A stretch of 64,000 bases of DNA from Tubulanus polymorphus (taxonomy: Eukaryota > Animalia > Nemertea), in the NCBI RefSeq assembly GCF_964204645.1, contig NC_134027.1:12060485-12124484 (forward strand), written 5' to 3'. The translations under genes and the position numbers were made by a program. A model generated the notes under the pieces. The model saw only the letters and a program-made list of their open reading frames with translations. It made no database searches and was not told the origin of the DNA. Shown here piece by piece: positions 50,685 to 62,854 of the stretch; positions within the stretch are counted from its first letter, which is position 1; each line of letters starts with the position of its first letter.

Positions 50685-53600
50685 CAGTGTTGCCAGCACC
50701 TAGCTTTGCTATATCCGGAAGTATTTATTGACATACACAAACTTGCGAGGGCCGAAGGCCCGAACCCATTTCGGGGGGTTTGGGGGTCCCCTCCCCCCCC
50801 CCCCAAGAAAATTTCAGAAATTAGAAGCGTTTTCCCAGCACTTAGAGCGATCGTGAACCCACGAACAACTTATTATATTCTGGAAGGTAATGGCTATTTC
50901 CAATGTGGCACATCCTCATTCGTTGACGATCAGCATCTTCTCACGCATTACGGGTCGAGTCCTGAATTATTGCAGTTCAAATGCGCCGATGAACACTCAC
51001 AAATTCAAGATCGTAGCGCTTGAGCACTTAGTTGGCAAGGAAATATTTAAAATTTCGTTAATAATCAATTTATCCGTGAATATTATGCATCAATGTGTTC
51101 AATAAGGAATTTGCGTTCAGAAATAAATTACGAAAATTAAAAAATAAACACTTATTCACATATTTGTCAACTATGATTTATCATTTTATTATTCATTATG
51201 GAAAACACGAATAAGCCTTCTTCAATGACTGTGAAAACGATACGAACAACGGAACATACTAACCACGGTAAACATTTTAGTTTTTTCTCTTATTTTTCGC
51301 CAAGACCGCTTTCATAATTCGCTGTTTTGCCTCTTTGGCAAGTTCATGTACGGTTCGTCGGCTACCTGCAGTTGACAATGTGGCTCGTTCTCGAACAATT
51401 GACTTCGACTTACTCCTGGAATCTAGTCCTAATTTTCGTTTTTTTGCCAGCTGAGCTTCTTGCTTCTCCTGCCGTTGCCGCTTGTGACGGCCATAAGCTG
51501 TTTGCATGTGATACACCATGTCTCGGTTTACTGGACTTTGGAGAATGTTTTCTCGGTGATAGAGTTCAAGAGTTGTTGTCTGGCGTGACTTCAGGTTGTA
51601 TTTTACGTTCTGTATAGCGGCATACGTTGAAGTGGCCATCCGGTTTGACTTCTTATCGATCAAGTCATTCATAGCTGAAAACGATTGCTCAATGCGAGGT
51701 GCAGTAAAGACGCTCATTGCTGCTTTGACAATCTTCGCCAGTGTAGGATATTTCTTCGTTTTGAAGATGTCTGTCCACCACGTGTCAAGGCGAGTGTTTT
51801 CATCACAAGGTGGAAGTGTTTTGTCTGACTGTAACTTGCTGCACTCTAACTTGTAAGAATCATGGCTATCAAGGTCATCCGGCATGATTACGGTAGGAAA
51901 AAAAGCCACAAGTCTCTTCAGAGCAGTGCACGTATCCGAATGACCCATGGCCTCAGGGTCCAATGCAGACATGTAACGTAGAACTTTGTTCTCCAGCGGT
52001 TACTTTTTCTGTAGATACGTTGCTGCTTCAGTATATGCACCTCGAATTTTTAATAGTATTCTGTTGCGATCAGTTACATCACACTTTGCCAACAATCGCT
52101 TTGCCTCCTCTCCGACGTACATCTCATTAACGGGTAGGTAGTTTTTTGTACAGTCTAGCGTGAGCAGTTTCCGTGCTGACAATCCAGATACTGTTTCATG
52201 TTTCAGACTTGAATAACGGAAGAACTCGCGAGTAAAAATACATGATGATCAGGGTTTCACGTCGCTTGAAAAACAGTTTATCTACAATGCGCATTTTTCT
52301 GTTCCGTCCATCAGAGGTCAAATCTTTCTTTTTTAACTCACCGATGATTTCGTAGACCCTTTTTCTAGCATTTGCCGGAACGGATCTGAGAATGTTAACA
52401 ATCAATTCTTGGTAATTCGCCTTCTCAGGTATCCAAGTGAAATAAAACAGGGAAAGCCCTTCGATGATCTCTAGGCTTTTAACAGTTACGTCAAATGCCG
52501 ACAACCAGCGGTGAGGAATGCGCTGGGCTGGGATGACATACGGGATTCCCAGTATTTGACACAATTCGGCCAGTGCATCACGAAGGTCTTGACTATATTT
52601 GAAATCGGTGTGCATATCGTCGGCTAGTTTCTCGGCGATCGTGTCGAAGTGTGAACAGAAGTTTTTAACGGAATTGTGAATGTGGTGGCAAACGTCACCG
52701 TCTATGTCAAGTAGCTGTGGCGCCGCTTCACGCAGTCTTGTCTCAACCAACTATATGCGAGGCAAGGTCAGTGGGTTTGAGTTGGACAAACTTGAAACTA
52801 TGTTGGTCAGTGGTATTTCGTCCGCTTTCAGTTTACTAAGAACTAATTCTGTAACTGACGCCGCGTTGACTCGGGAAATCGATGATGAGGTATAGTGATT
52901 TACTACGCACCGTTCAAGTTCGTCACTATAATATGAAGTCAGGATGCTGAACACTTTTTCGAAATTTGATGCAGTGCATTCATCGGTATTAATCGAGAAA
53001 AACGATTTCCGCATATCAGCCACAACATTTTTGCGGATGTGCGTACTCAGGCCATTTTTTAGTTTGTACGTAGCACACGTTCTTCCCATCGTAATCTGCG
53101 AAAACGCTTTCTCATCGCGACTGAGCTCCTTAGCAAACTTAATTAACATCTCGGACATGGAAATTGGGAGAGAGTTCTCAGCTATGAACGATAGAGTCAT
53201 GGCCTGTGCATGGGATATTCTGTCGATAGTTGGTACGAATTTCGGCCTGATATCGCGATTTTCTCCTTGGACACCAGGAACATTCGGGGCAACCCCATAT
53301 GGCATTGGTAAGCTACCAGTACTACAACTGTTACTAGTGGACGGTTCATTGCCTTCAGTTGAAATGATCGGCTGGTAGCTTGCGGGTAGTTCTTCATTAC
53401 TTTTCAGATCCTTTCTAATTTGCGTGTGCTTTTGTTTTTTAGCATGGTTTACTATGTCCCGTTTTCCTCCACCACCGTATTTAATAATTTCTTTGTATAT
53501 CAAGCAATACGCGAGGCCACCTTCCTCGAGTTTACGTATGTAATCGGACAAGAAATCACCATGAAAATCCTTTTCCTCTAACCAATTCCACCTAAATTTG

Positions 53601-54159
53601 TTTTTTATAGCTACATCGATAGTTTTTAAGTCGGAGCTCTGCCGATCAACAATTCTTGGTAAACTCATTTTCCGGGGAACTATCGCATACGGGCCTATTG
53701 AAAATAAAAAAATGGAACATTCAAAAAAGGACGGATCATAGATAGTTTAGGCCTAAGCCTATATAGATGATCATAGATGTGTAACTTGAAGGGACGTACC
53801 TATGAATGCTCTGATAAAGATGATCTAATACAAGCGCGGCGCATCAGCAAGTCAAGTCGTGGTTACAGTACAGAAGTTTATTGAACTCCAAAATTTTACA
53901 ATACACATTCGAGTATAAAATCAATAAAGTTATAAGCACTACTCTGTATACTTACACAAAAGCCGCTCGACCGCAGAGCTGCGCGGCGTCGTCATGACGA
54001 TTGGTGGTGGTGCAATCATCACAGCGAATGCGTATGGGTGGCCGTTCTAATAAAAATTAACGGCATTTTCGCGCAGTACAGAGAAGAAAATTTCCGGATT
54101 TTTTTTTGAAAGTTTCGATTTCCGGAACTCCGGAAATTTCCGGAAGTCTGGCAACACTG
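50685..54159 (-). mobile_element. hAT DNA transposon with 12-bp TIR CAGTGTTGCCAG and 6-bp TSD TTAACA
   Basis: TTAACA|CAGTGTTGCCAG at 50679-50696 and CTGGCAACACTG|TTAACA at 54148-54165; ttccgga subterminal repeats. Confidence 0.9.
51277..53668 (-). pseudogene. hAT transposase (frameshifted, four ORF pieces)
   Basis: BED-like N-terminus (FRWNWL..YCLI..H..KH), FFSINTDECT, DGDVCHHIHN, HRWLS, DTWW..YPTL..IEQSFSAMN (hATC). Confidence 0.9.
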
Positions 54160-54776
54160 TTAACAGGAACAGTCTCCATTTCACTAATACACGGTTATAA
54201 AAGTTGAATTGAATTGTAAAAACTTCACCTAGTTTTTTCCCTTGTCTAGTTTATATAAAATGTTTTGCCCGAAGAGCTCATGGGGTAAGCTAAGTGATAT
54301 GGATTGAAATTATTTTGCTAACTTTAATCCGTTGCGATTACAACACTAATGCAAAATATAAAACGATGTTTGTTGATAACATTTTGGTTTTCTTTGCTTT
54401 ATTGTCTGCATAAGACCTTTTAAGGCATCTGCTAATCATTTCTAAGTTCTCAGTACTGGGTAAGGCACTTGACTCAGATTTGCAATATCCCTGCCACATT
54501 TTTTATTCAAATCCTTGCATCACTAATGACACAATTTATAAGACATGCATCAAAGTTGACATATTAAGAAGTCAATATCAGTGAAGAGGTTTGACTATCA
54601 TTTCAGGTACCGGGGTAGTTGTCATTGTTGCATTATTATTATTATCATTATTATTGATAATTGTTGCAGACCACCTCAGAAAGGGTAGATGAGTGTTGAG
54701 CCGAACCACCATACCGGATTTTTCCGCCTGAAATATCTCAAAAGAGGAAACGCTCAGAGGACAACAGTTCACGTAT

Positions 54777-56740
54777 ATGTCCTGGGGCCGGTTTCACAAA
54801 GCGTAATTAACCCTTAATTATGATTAAATCACTAATCATGATTAAATTATCATGATTTAATCAAGTTAGGTGTTTCACAAAACGTAATTAACTTAAATTA
54901 TAATTAAGTTAATTACAAAATTTAATTCTCCTCTAGAGTGTAATTAAACCATTTAATCATCATTAGTTTATTATTAAAAACAAAAAGCTGCAGATATTAT
55001 TCATGGAATTTGGTGTTTATTAATTGATGACGGCAATTCCTACACTTATTCAGTTTTTCAGATTGTTTGGCTCAAATAATTTGGATTTTTTGCCTTTTGT
55101 AAAATGTCAATACTCTAAATTCTATTGATTTATTTTCAAACGTCCTATGTTTTTGTCAGCACGACCACCACATACTTAGAAGTATTGAATTAATTGATTT
55201 TGTCCATACATATGATAGATTTCTGTCAGTAGAGTACATATCTATGGAGTAAGTGTTAAAAAGTGCTAATCACTGCTCGGAAATACACCCCATTTACGAG
55301 GATTTTATTTTGCTGACTGGAGGTGAGTTTCTATTTAAAAACTTTTGAGACATCTTGCTAAGTTTTTCCACTGGTTCCTGAGACCTTTCAGAGCAATCTT
55401 TAACTCCCAAAGGAGTGAATTTCTCTTTTCCTCTAAACAAGGAAGGTTGTTCCTGTTGTTGATGCTTGGACAGCAAATGGCTGTATAAAGTTCCGCCATT
55501 TTGATACAGTTAAATTGTAATTAAGTTGCCTAATTATGTAATTAGTTAATTTTGTAATTAAACCCTTTCGTGAAACCGAATTTTAATCGTAATTAACTAA
55601 TCATGATTAAGGAAATTTAATCATGATTTAGGTCCTAATTATAATTAAAGTTAATTATGCTTTGTGAAACCGACCCCAGCAGTATTTCCCGAGGTAAAGC
55701 AACCACACCCGCTACCTCAAAACCGAGGTTATACTCGCCTAACAATAAAAGCAGAACAGGGAATGATAAAAAATCACTAGACTCAACGGAACAAGAAAAT
55801 ATATGCTGTCAATGTGGAAAGCCCATTCAAGAAAACACGCCTGTAACGTGCAGCCTTTGTGGTCAGGAAATATGTGCGAACTGTACAAACATGCCCCATG
55901 GACTTAATTCAAATATTTTCGAACGCAGTTGTCTATCTATAATATGTTCTACATGCAAAAATTCCAAATCTGATGAAAACAGAATGTCACTATATGTGGA
56001 CAGAATGGAAAGAATTCTGATAGAATATGACTCGACTATGAAGGCTTTAATAACGAATTTAGAAGCAAAAGCAGACAAGTCAATAGTAGACGGGTTATCG
56101 AGGGAACTTGAAGAAATGAAACAACGCCTAGATCGCATGAACCTGAATCCCGAAGTTGATGATGAGACGATTCAAACCATGGTCAATGACGCTGTAAAAA
56201 CTCAATTAACCCATGGAAATAACGAATCTGTCAAACAATCGCTCGAAAAAGAAGTAGAAGATGTCAAATGTGAGATCTGGGAAACGGAACTGAGGAGAAT
56301 AAAACATCATAATATATGGACTCGTTCAACCCAACGAGGAGAATGTCAAAATGCGACGTAAAAAAGAATGGAACAAACTCCAGACCTTTATCAGTCAAGG
56401 ACTCGGTCTAAATGAAATTGAAAAGCCCAAACTGATCAACCGAATTGGGAAATATGTCCAGGGAAAACTAAGACCTCTACGCGTCATTTTAGCGACGGAA
56501 TTCGACAAGGAAATAATAGTCAACAGGTTTATCGAACTACGTAAAAACAGAGATCCGTCCCTAGAAAACATAGCAATATCTAGTGACCGTACACAAGCAC
56601 AAAGACAGTATTACCAGAAGTTACGAACCGAACTAGCCGAGAGAACAAGCAAAGGTGAGAAAGGCTTAATTATCAGAGGGAACCACATCGTAAGCAGACA
56701 ACTGCTGTTTCGTGTGGGGAGACCCCAAGATGAATCATAA
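54777..56740 (+). pseudogene. LINE ORF1 (PHD-like finger, coiled coil, RRM-like C-terminus), split by a MITE and a frameshift
   Basis: Removing the MITE gives ATG TCC AGC AGT ATT TCC (MSSSISRGK); CCQC..CSLC..CANC..CSTC; INRIGK..RPLRV..ISSDRT..LRTEL. Confidence 0.85.
54785..55676. mobile_element. Harbinger non-autonomous MITE
   Basis: CTG|GGGCCGGTTTCACAAAGCGTAATTAAC ... GTTAATTATGCTTTGTGAAACCGACCC|CAG; CWG flanks; taatcatgatta subterminal repeats. Confidence 0.9.
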
Positions 56741-57920
56741 AGAATTATTACTAAAACAGACTGTTATAACAAAAAACAAGAATCAAGTAAATCAAAGTAA
56801 AAATCCTTCAAAAGCCAGAAACAATCACGACGATAACAAAAAATGTTAAAAGGACATGTCAAAAAAGTCCAATCAATCTCCGAAAGAAAATCTTTTGTAC
56901 GCTGAAAATGCTGAATTAATCAAAGATAATTCACCGTGTAAAATACACAGAAAATCGGATAATACAAATCAAGCCAATCAACGAAGGAAATTCAAGAATC
57001 ACCAATCATCGAAGTTAGCAACAAATAATGTCAACTTCAGTAATTCTATCTCGAATCATCACCGTCAAGGAAGTGAAAATAAACTGAAAGTTCTATGTAT
57101 GAATGCAGACAATATGATGAACAAAAACCGGAAATCGCCGCACTAAAATTAGAACATAACCCAGACATTATATGCATAACTGAAGTAAAACCTAAATCAA
57201 GCAGGCTGCAGCTTGATGCACGCAATGTCTTCTTTAACGGATCAAGTGACTACAAAACCTTTACCAACATTGAGAATGAAGGGAGAGGGATTGCTATGTA
57301 TATCCATGCGGAACTAAAGCCCTGTCACCCTCTTCTCGAGACAACTGATAAGATATGTTCTGATCAAACAAGTGAGGTCATCTGGGTCGAGTCACCACGT
57401 AACACTGCCACAGACAAACCCACTCTAATAGGATGTGCCTACAGGAACCCAAACAGTGTTCATGACAACAATACAAATTTCACCAGAATGATAGAATCAC
57501 TAGGCACACTTGGCCACAAGTATAACATAGGCCTAATACTCTGTGGAGACTTCAACTTGCCCGAAATTGACTGGACAAACAACAACTGCAGAACTACTGG
57601 AAATCATGTTTCAAAACAAATACTAGATGCTAGTATGGATGCCTTCCTAGAGCAACATGTGAAGGAACCCATGCATCACCGTGGCAATCAAAAAGAGAAT
57701 ATTCTAGACCTCGGGCCGGTTTCATAGACATGAAATAAGGTTATTCCCTGGTATCAAATCACTAATCCCAGGGATCAAATTTAGTACTAGGGAAATTTCT
57801 GTTTCATAGACGTGGATGTTTTTATTCCCTAGCAATAAGTAGCTTATTCCTAGCGGCAAATTTGATACCTAGCTACAGCTAGGTATCAAAATTATATTCC
57901 TTAGCATCAAAATTAACAAA

Positions 57921-60329
57921 ATGGCCGATGAAATGTTCATTCGTCAACGAAAAATAAAAGACTATCGCCGCTTGGACCATCCTTTTGATGTTTATGAGGC
58001 TAATGAAATCCTTGAACGATTCCGTTTCACGCCAGAGACTATTTTGGTAATTACACGACTTATAGCTAGAAGACTTACAAAGTTAACGGAAAGAGGAATG
58101 CCAATATCACCTATTTGGCAGGTTATGATCGCTTTGTGATTCTATGCGACTGGATCAATTTTATCCGTAATTGGAGACACATTTGGAGTGTCAAAAGCCT
58201 CCGTTTCAAGAATCATAACTAACGTTACAGAAGCACTGAACGAGCTACTGTCTGTCACACCTACTCTCCGTGCGACGTTTTGGTCCGTAATTTGGTTAAT
58301 AATCGGTTTATCTACCTTTATTATGCATCAATTTGTTCAGTGAGGAATTTGCATTCAGAAATAAACAACACTTTCACTTAAGTTGTTTTTGTTTTCATTT
58401 ATGAGCGATAGTTTACTCAGCATACGCTCGCGTAATGCTGAAAAATCCGCTGCGCGGACGCTCGGAAACGTTACAGTGACGTCATCACCTGCTCATTAGC
58501 ATATCAAAATACAGTAGGTGGCGCCACGTGACGGGCCATAAAAGCCGTTTTTCACCATTTTTCAGCGTATGCTAGGTAAACTATCGCTGATAGAAGAAAA
58601 CACAAACAAATTTATGCCAGTTCATGATTTATTTCTGAATGCAAATTCCTTACTGAACAAATTGATGCATAATATTTACAGATCAACCGATTATTAACGA
58701 AATTACGAACCAAAACGTCGCACGAAGAGCATGTGTGACAGACAGTAGTCCCTGTATTCGTCAGATGGCCCACTACTGATGCCGAACGTCAAGAAGTAAA
58801 CCAAGGCTTTCAAGCTCTTGCGGGTTTCCCAGCAGTCATAGGATGTATAGACTGCACTCATATTCGTATACAAAGACCCCATGAACATGAAGCTGATTAC
58901 GTTAACCATAAAGGTTATCATTCAATTAATGTGCAAGCAGTCTGTAATCATAAAGGTACAGAGCCTTTTTATTTCTACGTTCTTACCTTATCATTATATT
59001 ATTCCACAGATCGAAAATACCGGTAATCCAAATGATGAAATGTTTTAACCTTATCATGACTCTGCCTGTATGTAACTAACAATTTGTTTGAACAAAATTG
59101 TACCTAATCCGGGTACCTAATACTTTCTATTAAGTTGAAATCAGTGCAAAACAATATTATTGATTGATCTGTTGGCCTACTTCAATCAGCTGGTCGATTG
59201 CTCATGTTTGGGAGAATAGCTTAATTAGTTAAAAATGCGTGTTTTTTAATAGCCTTAGGTCATATAGGCCTATCAAACAGTATAATAAAGAGGGAACATG
59301 GGTATAACCCCAGAGAATTTCCAAAATTACATCTTTCTAGAGATGATATCCAAGCCACTGCTGGCCAAAGATTTTTGGATCCGCATCTGAAATAAGCGTT
59401 TTCTTTGATGTAAATTGAATTATTTTTTCTGGTTCTTGTTATAGACCAATCATTTTTCAATCCAAGATCATTGTTTTTAGGTATATTTACTAATTTGTCA
59501 GCGAAATGGCCTGGGGCAACTCATGATTCACACATTTTTCGAACCTCCGGAATTGGACAGTAAGTTTTGAAGATTTATTTAATTTCTATTCTTGACTAAA
59601 GTTATGGATTTGATTCTATAATATCTTTTAAATGTGTTTGGGGTTTTAAACTTACAATTTTTTGATTTTGTTAAAACTCAAATTTTTAGCAGAATATAAA
59701 CCATATTCTATGTTTGAAATACATCAAATCATATCTATATAATAAATTTTATTAATCAATATTCAACTTAGCTTCTTTGAAAATTTACAAAACAGCTGTG
59801 ATGGGAAAGTGGCGGCGAAATAATAAGAGCCAAAATGGGAATAGATAAGGGGCGAAACCGGAATAAACCATTCAATACGCCTAGTTAAATTATTAATAGT
59901 TAATATTTTAAACGTTGTAGGTATCTCGAAATGAATCATCACGCTATCAACGGTGTTTTGTTGGCGGACAGTGGCTATGCCTTGCGTCCATATATGATGA
60001 CACCATATTTCCGTCCCGTGGGTCGCAGCCAAGAGCGCTTTAATAGGTCACATACTGGAACGCGAGTATCCATCGAACAATCATTTGGAGTCTTGAAGAG
60101 ACGATTCATGTGTCTGCACAATGAAATAAGGATGAAGCCTGAGAAAGTGTGCAAAATTGTAGCCGCCTGTGTTGTTCTACACAACATTGCAAAACTCCGT
60201 AATGAGCCTTTCGAGGATGTTAGATTGGCCGATGAAAATGGTGCACCCGAACAACTTCACTTTGAAGCCCAAGACGATCTGGCAGGTGCTGATGTGCGAA
60301 ATCGTATTACAGAACAATATTTCAATTAG
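57921..60329 (+). pseudogene. Harbinger DDE transposase (HARBI1-like), 3 exons, with a stop at 58137-58139 and a MITE insertion
   Basis: ERFRFT, IAL*FYATG, FPAVIGCIDCTHI..YVNHKGYHSINVQ, WPGATHDS (exon ~59481-59559), LADSGY..FNRSH..TRVSIEQSFGVLKRRF..ACVVLHN. Confidence 0.93.
58248..58745. mobile_element. MITE with long TIRs and TA TSD inserted in the Harbinger transposase
   Basis: TA|CTGTCTGTCACAC ... GTGTGACAGACAG|TA; excision restores the frame NEL-VPVFVRWP. Confidence 0.9.
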
Positions 60330-60699
60330 TGATAGTGAATACAACCATTGTCAGCAGGGAACTCTAGGAGACAGTCTGAAACGTTTTTCTATTTCAACTA
60401 TTCGATGAATGGATTTAATTTCTCATCTTTTGAATTTGTGTGTATAGTAGGTTTTTTTTATCTTATAAATGTTATTCATTCTCCACGTCTGAGACTGGCT
60501 ATTCTAAAATGCAACAGTACGAAAGCCTTTTGAATATTCAATGTTCAATGTTCTGAATTTTATTTTCAAAATTTTAAAACTAACTTATATATGTAAAACT
60601 TAAATAAAAGTAAATTTTAAAAAAATTAATTGAAATGATTATGAAATTAATTTGAAAAACATATTAATATTACAATTTAATTGCTTTCGTAAATTGCAA

Positions 60700-62854
60700 T
60701 CACTTTTCCACGAATTTAGCAATTTTCAAGTCTATTAACGACGATTTTTTACTGTAGTACTCCGTTTCCGCCTTCATCTTTTTCATTTCCACGTCCAACT
60801 TTTCAATTTTTTTATCCAGACACATGCACTGGCGTTGATAAACGTCTTGTTGTGTAAACGCCTTCCGTTTTCTCTCTTTTCTGGCACTTTGTATCCTCCC
60901 TGAAATAAGATGATACCGATATGCATCAAGATTACGATAACAGTTTATTGTCTGTTTCCATTAAACCAAAAGATTTAATTCTATCAGGTATGTATGGAAA
61001 GTGCAGGTGAATCCCCTAGTACAGGGAGTGTACTTTTTTGCATTCGATATTTGTTTTACTTTAAATGTTGCCTCTTGGGATTTTGAAATGAACTACAATA
61101 TATCTTTGAGCAACTGCTTTGACCCCATATACTATATTAATTCAAACTTAATAATAATCAAGAACTGTCAAAATGGCTAGTTACTGCTGGATTCAAAATG
61201 AAAGTTACCTTTAATAGATGAAGATGAAGAAGCAACGGGTTCTGATCTTGGCTCGGTTGCTGTGTCGATTGAGGATTGTTCCATCAGTTGATCAGCAGTG
61301 GATGTGCTCGGAACGATAAACTGATCATCCACTGATATAATCTGCTTGTCTGCACTCAGTCCAAGCATGAGTTTATTCAGATCGATTTCTAAAATAATAA
61401 ACATATTTATTTCTCACTCGCAGGAGTCTTTTATACTAATATCCATTATTTTTTAATATTTTTGTCGCAGGCTAGTGACAAATGGAAAAGTTTGTCATGA
61501 AAACTATTAATTTGATTGAATAATTTTTAAAAAAAGTTTGATCACAGAATGAATAATCATTCGTTGGAAGTAACTTAAAAGCAATACGATTGATAAATTC
61601 CACCAATTCCACAACATTGCAGTTACAATAATTGATCGAGCCTATGATACATTTATTCAAAACCATATGTAATCTAGTGCAGAGGAATGGATCAATTAAA
61701 TGATCTGAAACTGTGGAGGGCGGTGTATTGAGGAAAGTCTCCATTCCATGTAAGGCCTGCATGCAGTTAAGTAAAAGCAGTGGATTGATTAGGCCTATAT
61801 CAAATCATTTGAGCATTCCTATCTACTTTGTTGGACTTTTTGGTTTATAAAGATGAATGAGATGGGTGTGAACACAGCCATGAACTCTTCAAACAGATCA
61901 TCATGTTTATAAGTCTAAACCTGCGTGACGTAGACCTTAAAGCGATACTTTTGGATTATTTTGATGGTCGGATTTTGGGAAAACAGGATTGACTCTGGGC
62001 TGGCGTGTGGTTCAATCAAGGAAAGCCAAGGTATGGTGCAATTCATTTCCCCCAATAGTATGACTGTAGTGAACAGATATAAATCTCTGTAGTTAACGAA
62101 TAAAAACCCACCGTAGATTTGTAGAAATAGTTTATTTCCTGATGGTTTCGAGCTTAAAACTAAACTTCAGAGTCTCAGCTTCAGGAGGAACAGTTTCCTG
62201 TTTCTCTGAAGATGAGGTTTATTAAGCTCGAAACCGTCAGGAAATAAACTATTTCTACAAATCTACGGTGGGTTTTTTCATTTGTTCTCCCAATAATCTC
62301 GACTTTATAAAAGCAATAGCCAAGGGCCTATGATTAAATTTAGAAATGCATTAGCCTAACATGGTTTGAGCCTATTTTGAGTGAAAATTCGCAATTGATA
62401 AACTGAGAAAATGAAAACTTACCAATGAGAGAATCATCTAGTATCACTGGCGCCTGGCTTTCCACACCACCACCAGGGATACCGTTCCAAGAAGGATTTC
62501 CACTGAAGAGCTCTATGATTCTCTCATCCGTCTCTGAGATGTCTGTTTGCTATCTCTCGCTTGGGTTATTGACTTTTTCTTAGCCTCTGCTTGCATCGTT
62601 TTCCATTTTAATTTGATGTCGTTCACCTCCCTCCGACAAACCCCAATACTATTTACTGCATCAGTAATTCTTCTCCAGACCTCTTGCTTTGATTTAATTG
62701 TCACATCATTATTCAACGTTGATCGCAATAATGAGGCATTCTCTGAACACAGCTCCAAAATTATGCTGATTTCTTTCTGGGAGAAATTTGTGCCTCTCTT
62801 CCTCGATTTTGCAGGAAGAGGAGCTTTATTTTCAACATTCATCTTGTCATTCAT
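60700..62854 (-). pseudogene. Harbinger Myb/SANT-like DNA-binding protein (3 exons; exon 1 frame appears disrupted)
   Basis: RKRGTNFSQKEISIILELC..KQEVWRRITDAVNSIG..REVNDIKLKWKTM; later exons at ~61210-61388 and 60700-60899 (coiled coil). Confidence 0.85.
62102..62277. repeat. Near-perfect hairpin (56-bp arms) of Penelope-like origin with a hammerhead-like core
   Basis: Arms aaaaacccaccgtag...tttcgagcttaa / ttaagctcgaaa...ctacggtgggttttt; CTGAAGA-TGAG..CTC-GAAAC-CGTC at 62206-62238. Confidence 0.65.

Noticed and set aside
55657-55680. ORF1 start MLCETDP given by the ORF track
   Set aside because: These codons are the Harbinger MITE TIR; the likely original ATG is at 54777.
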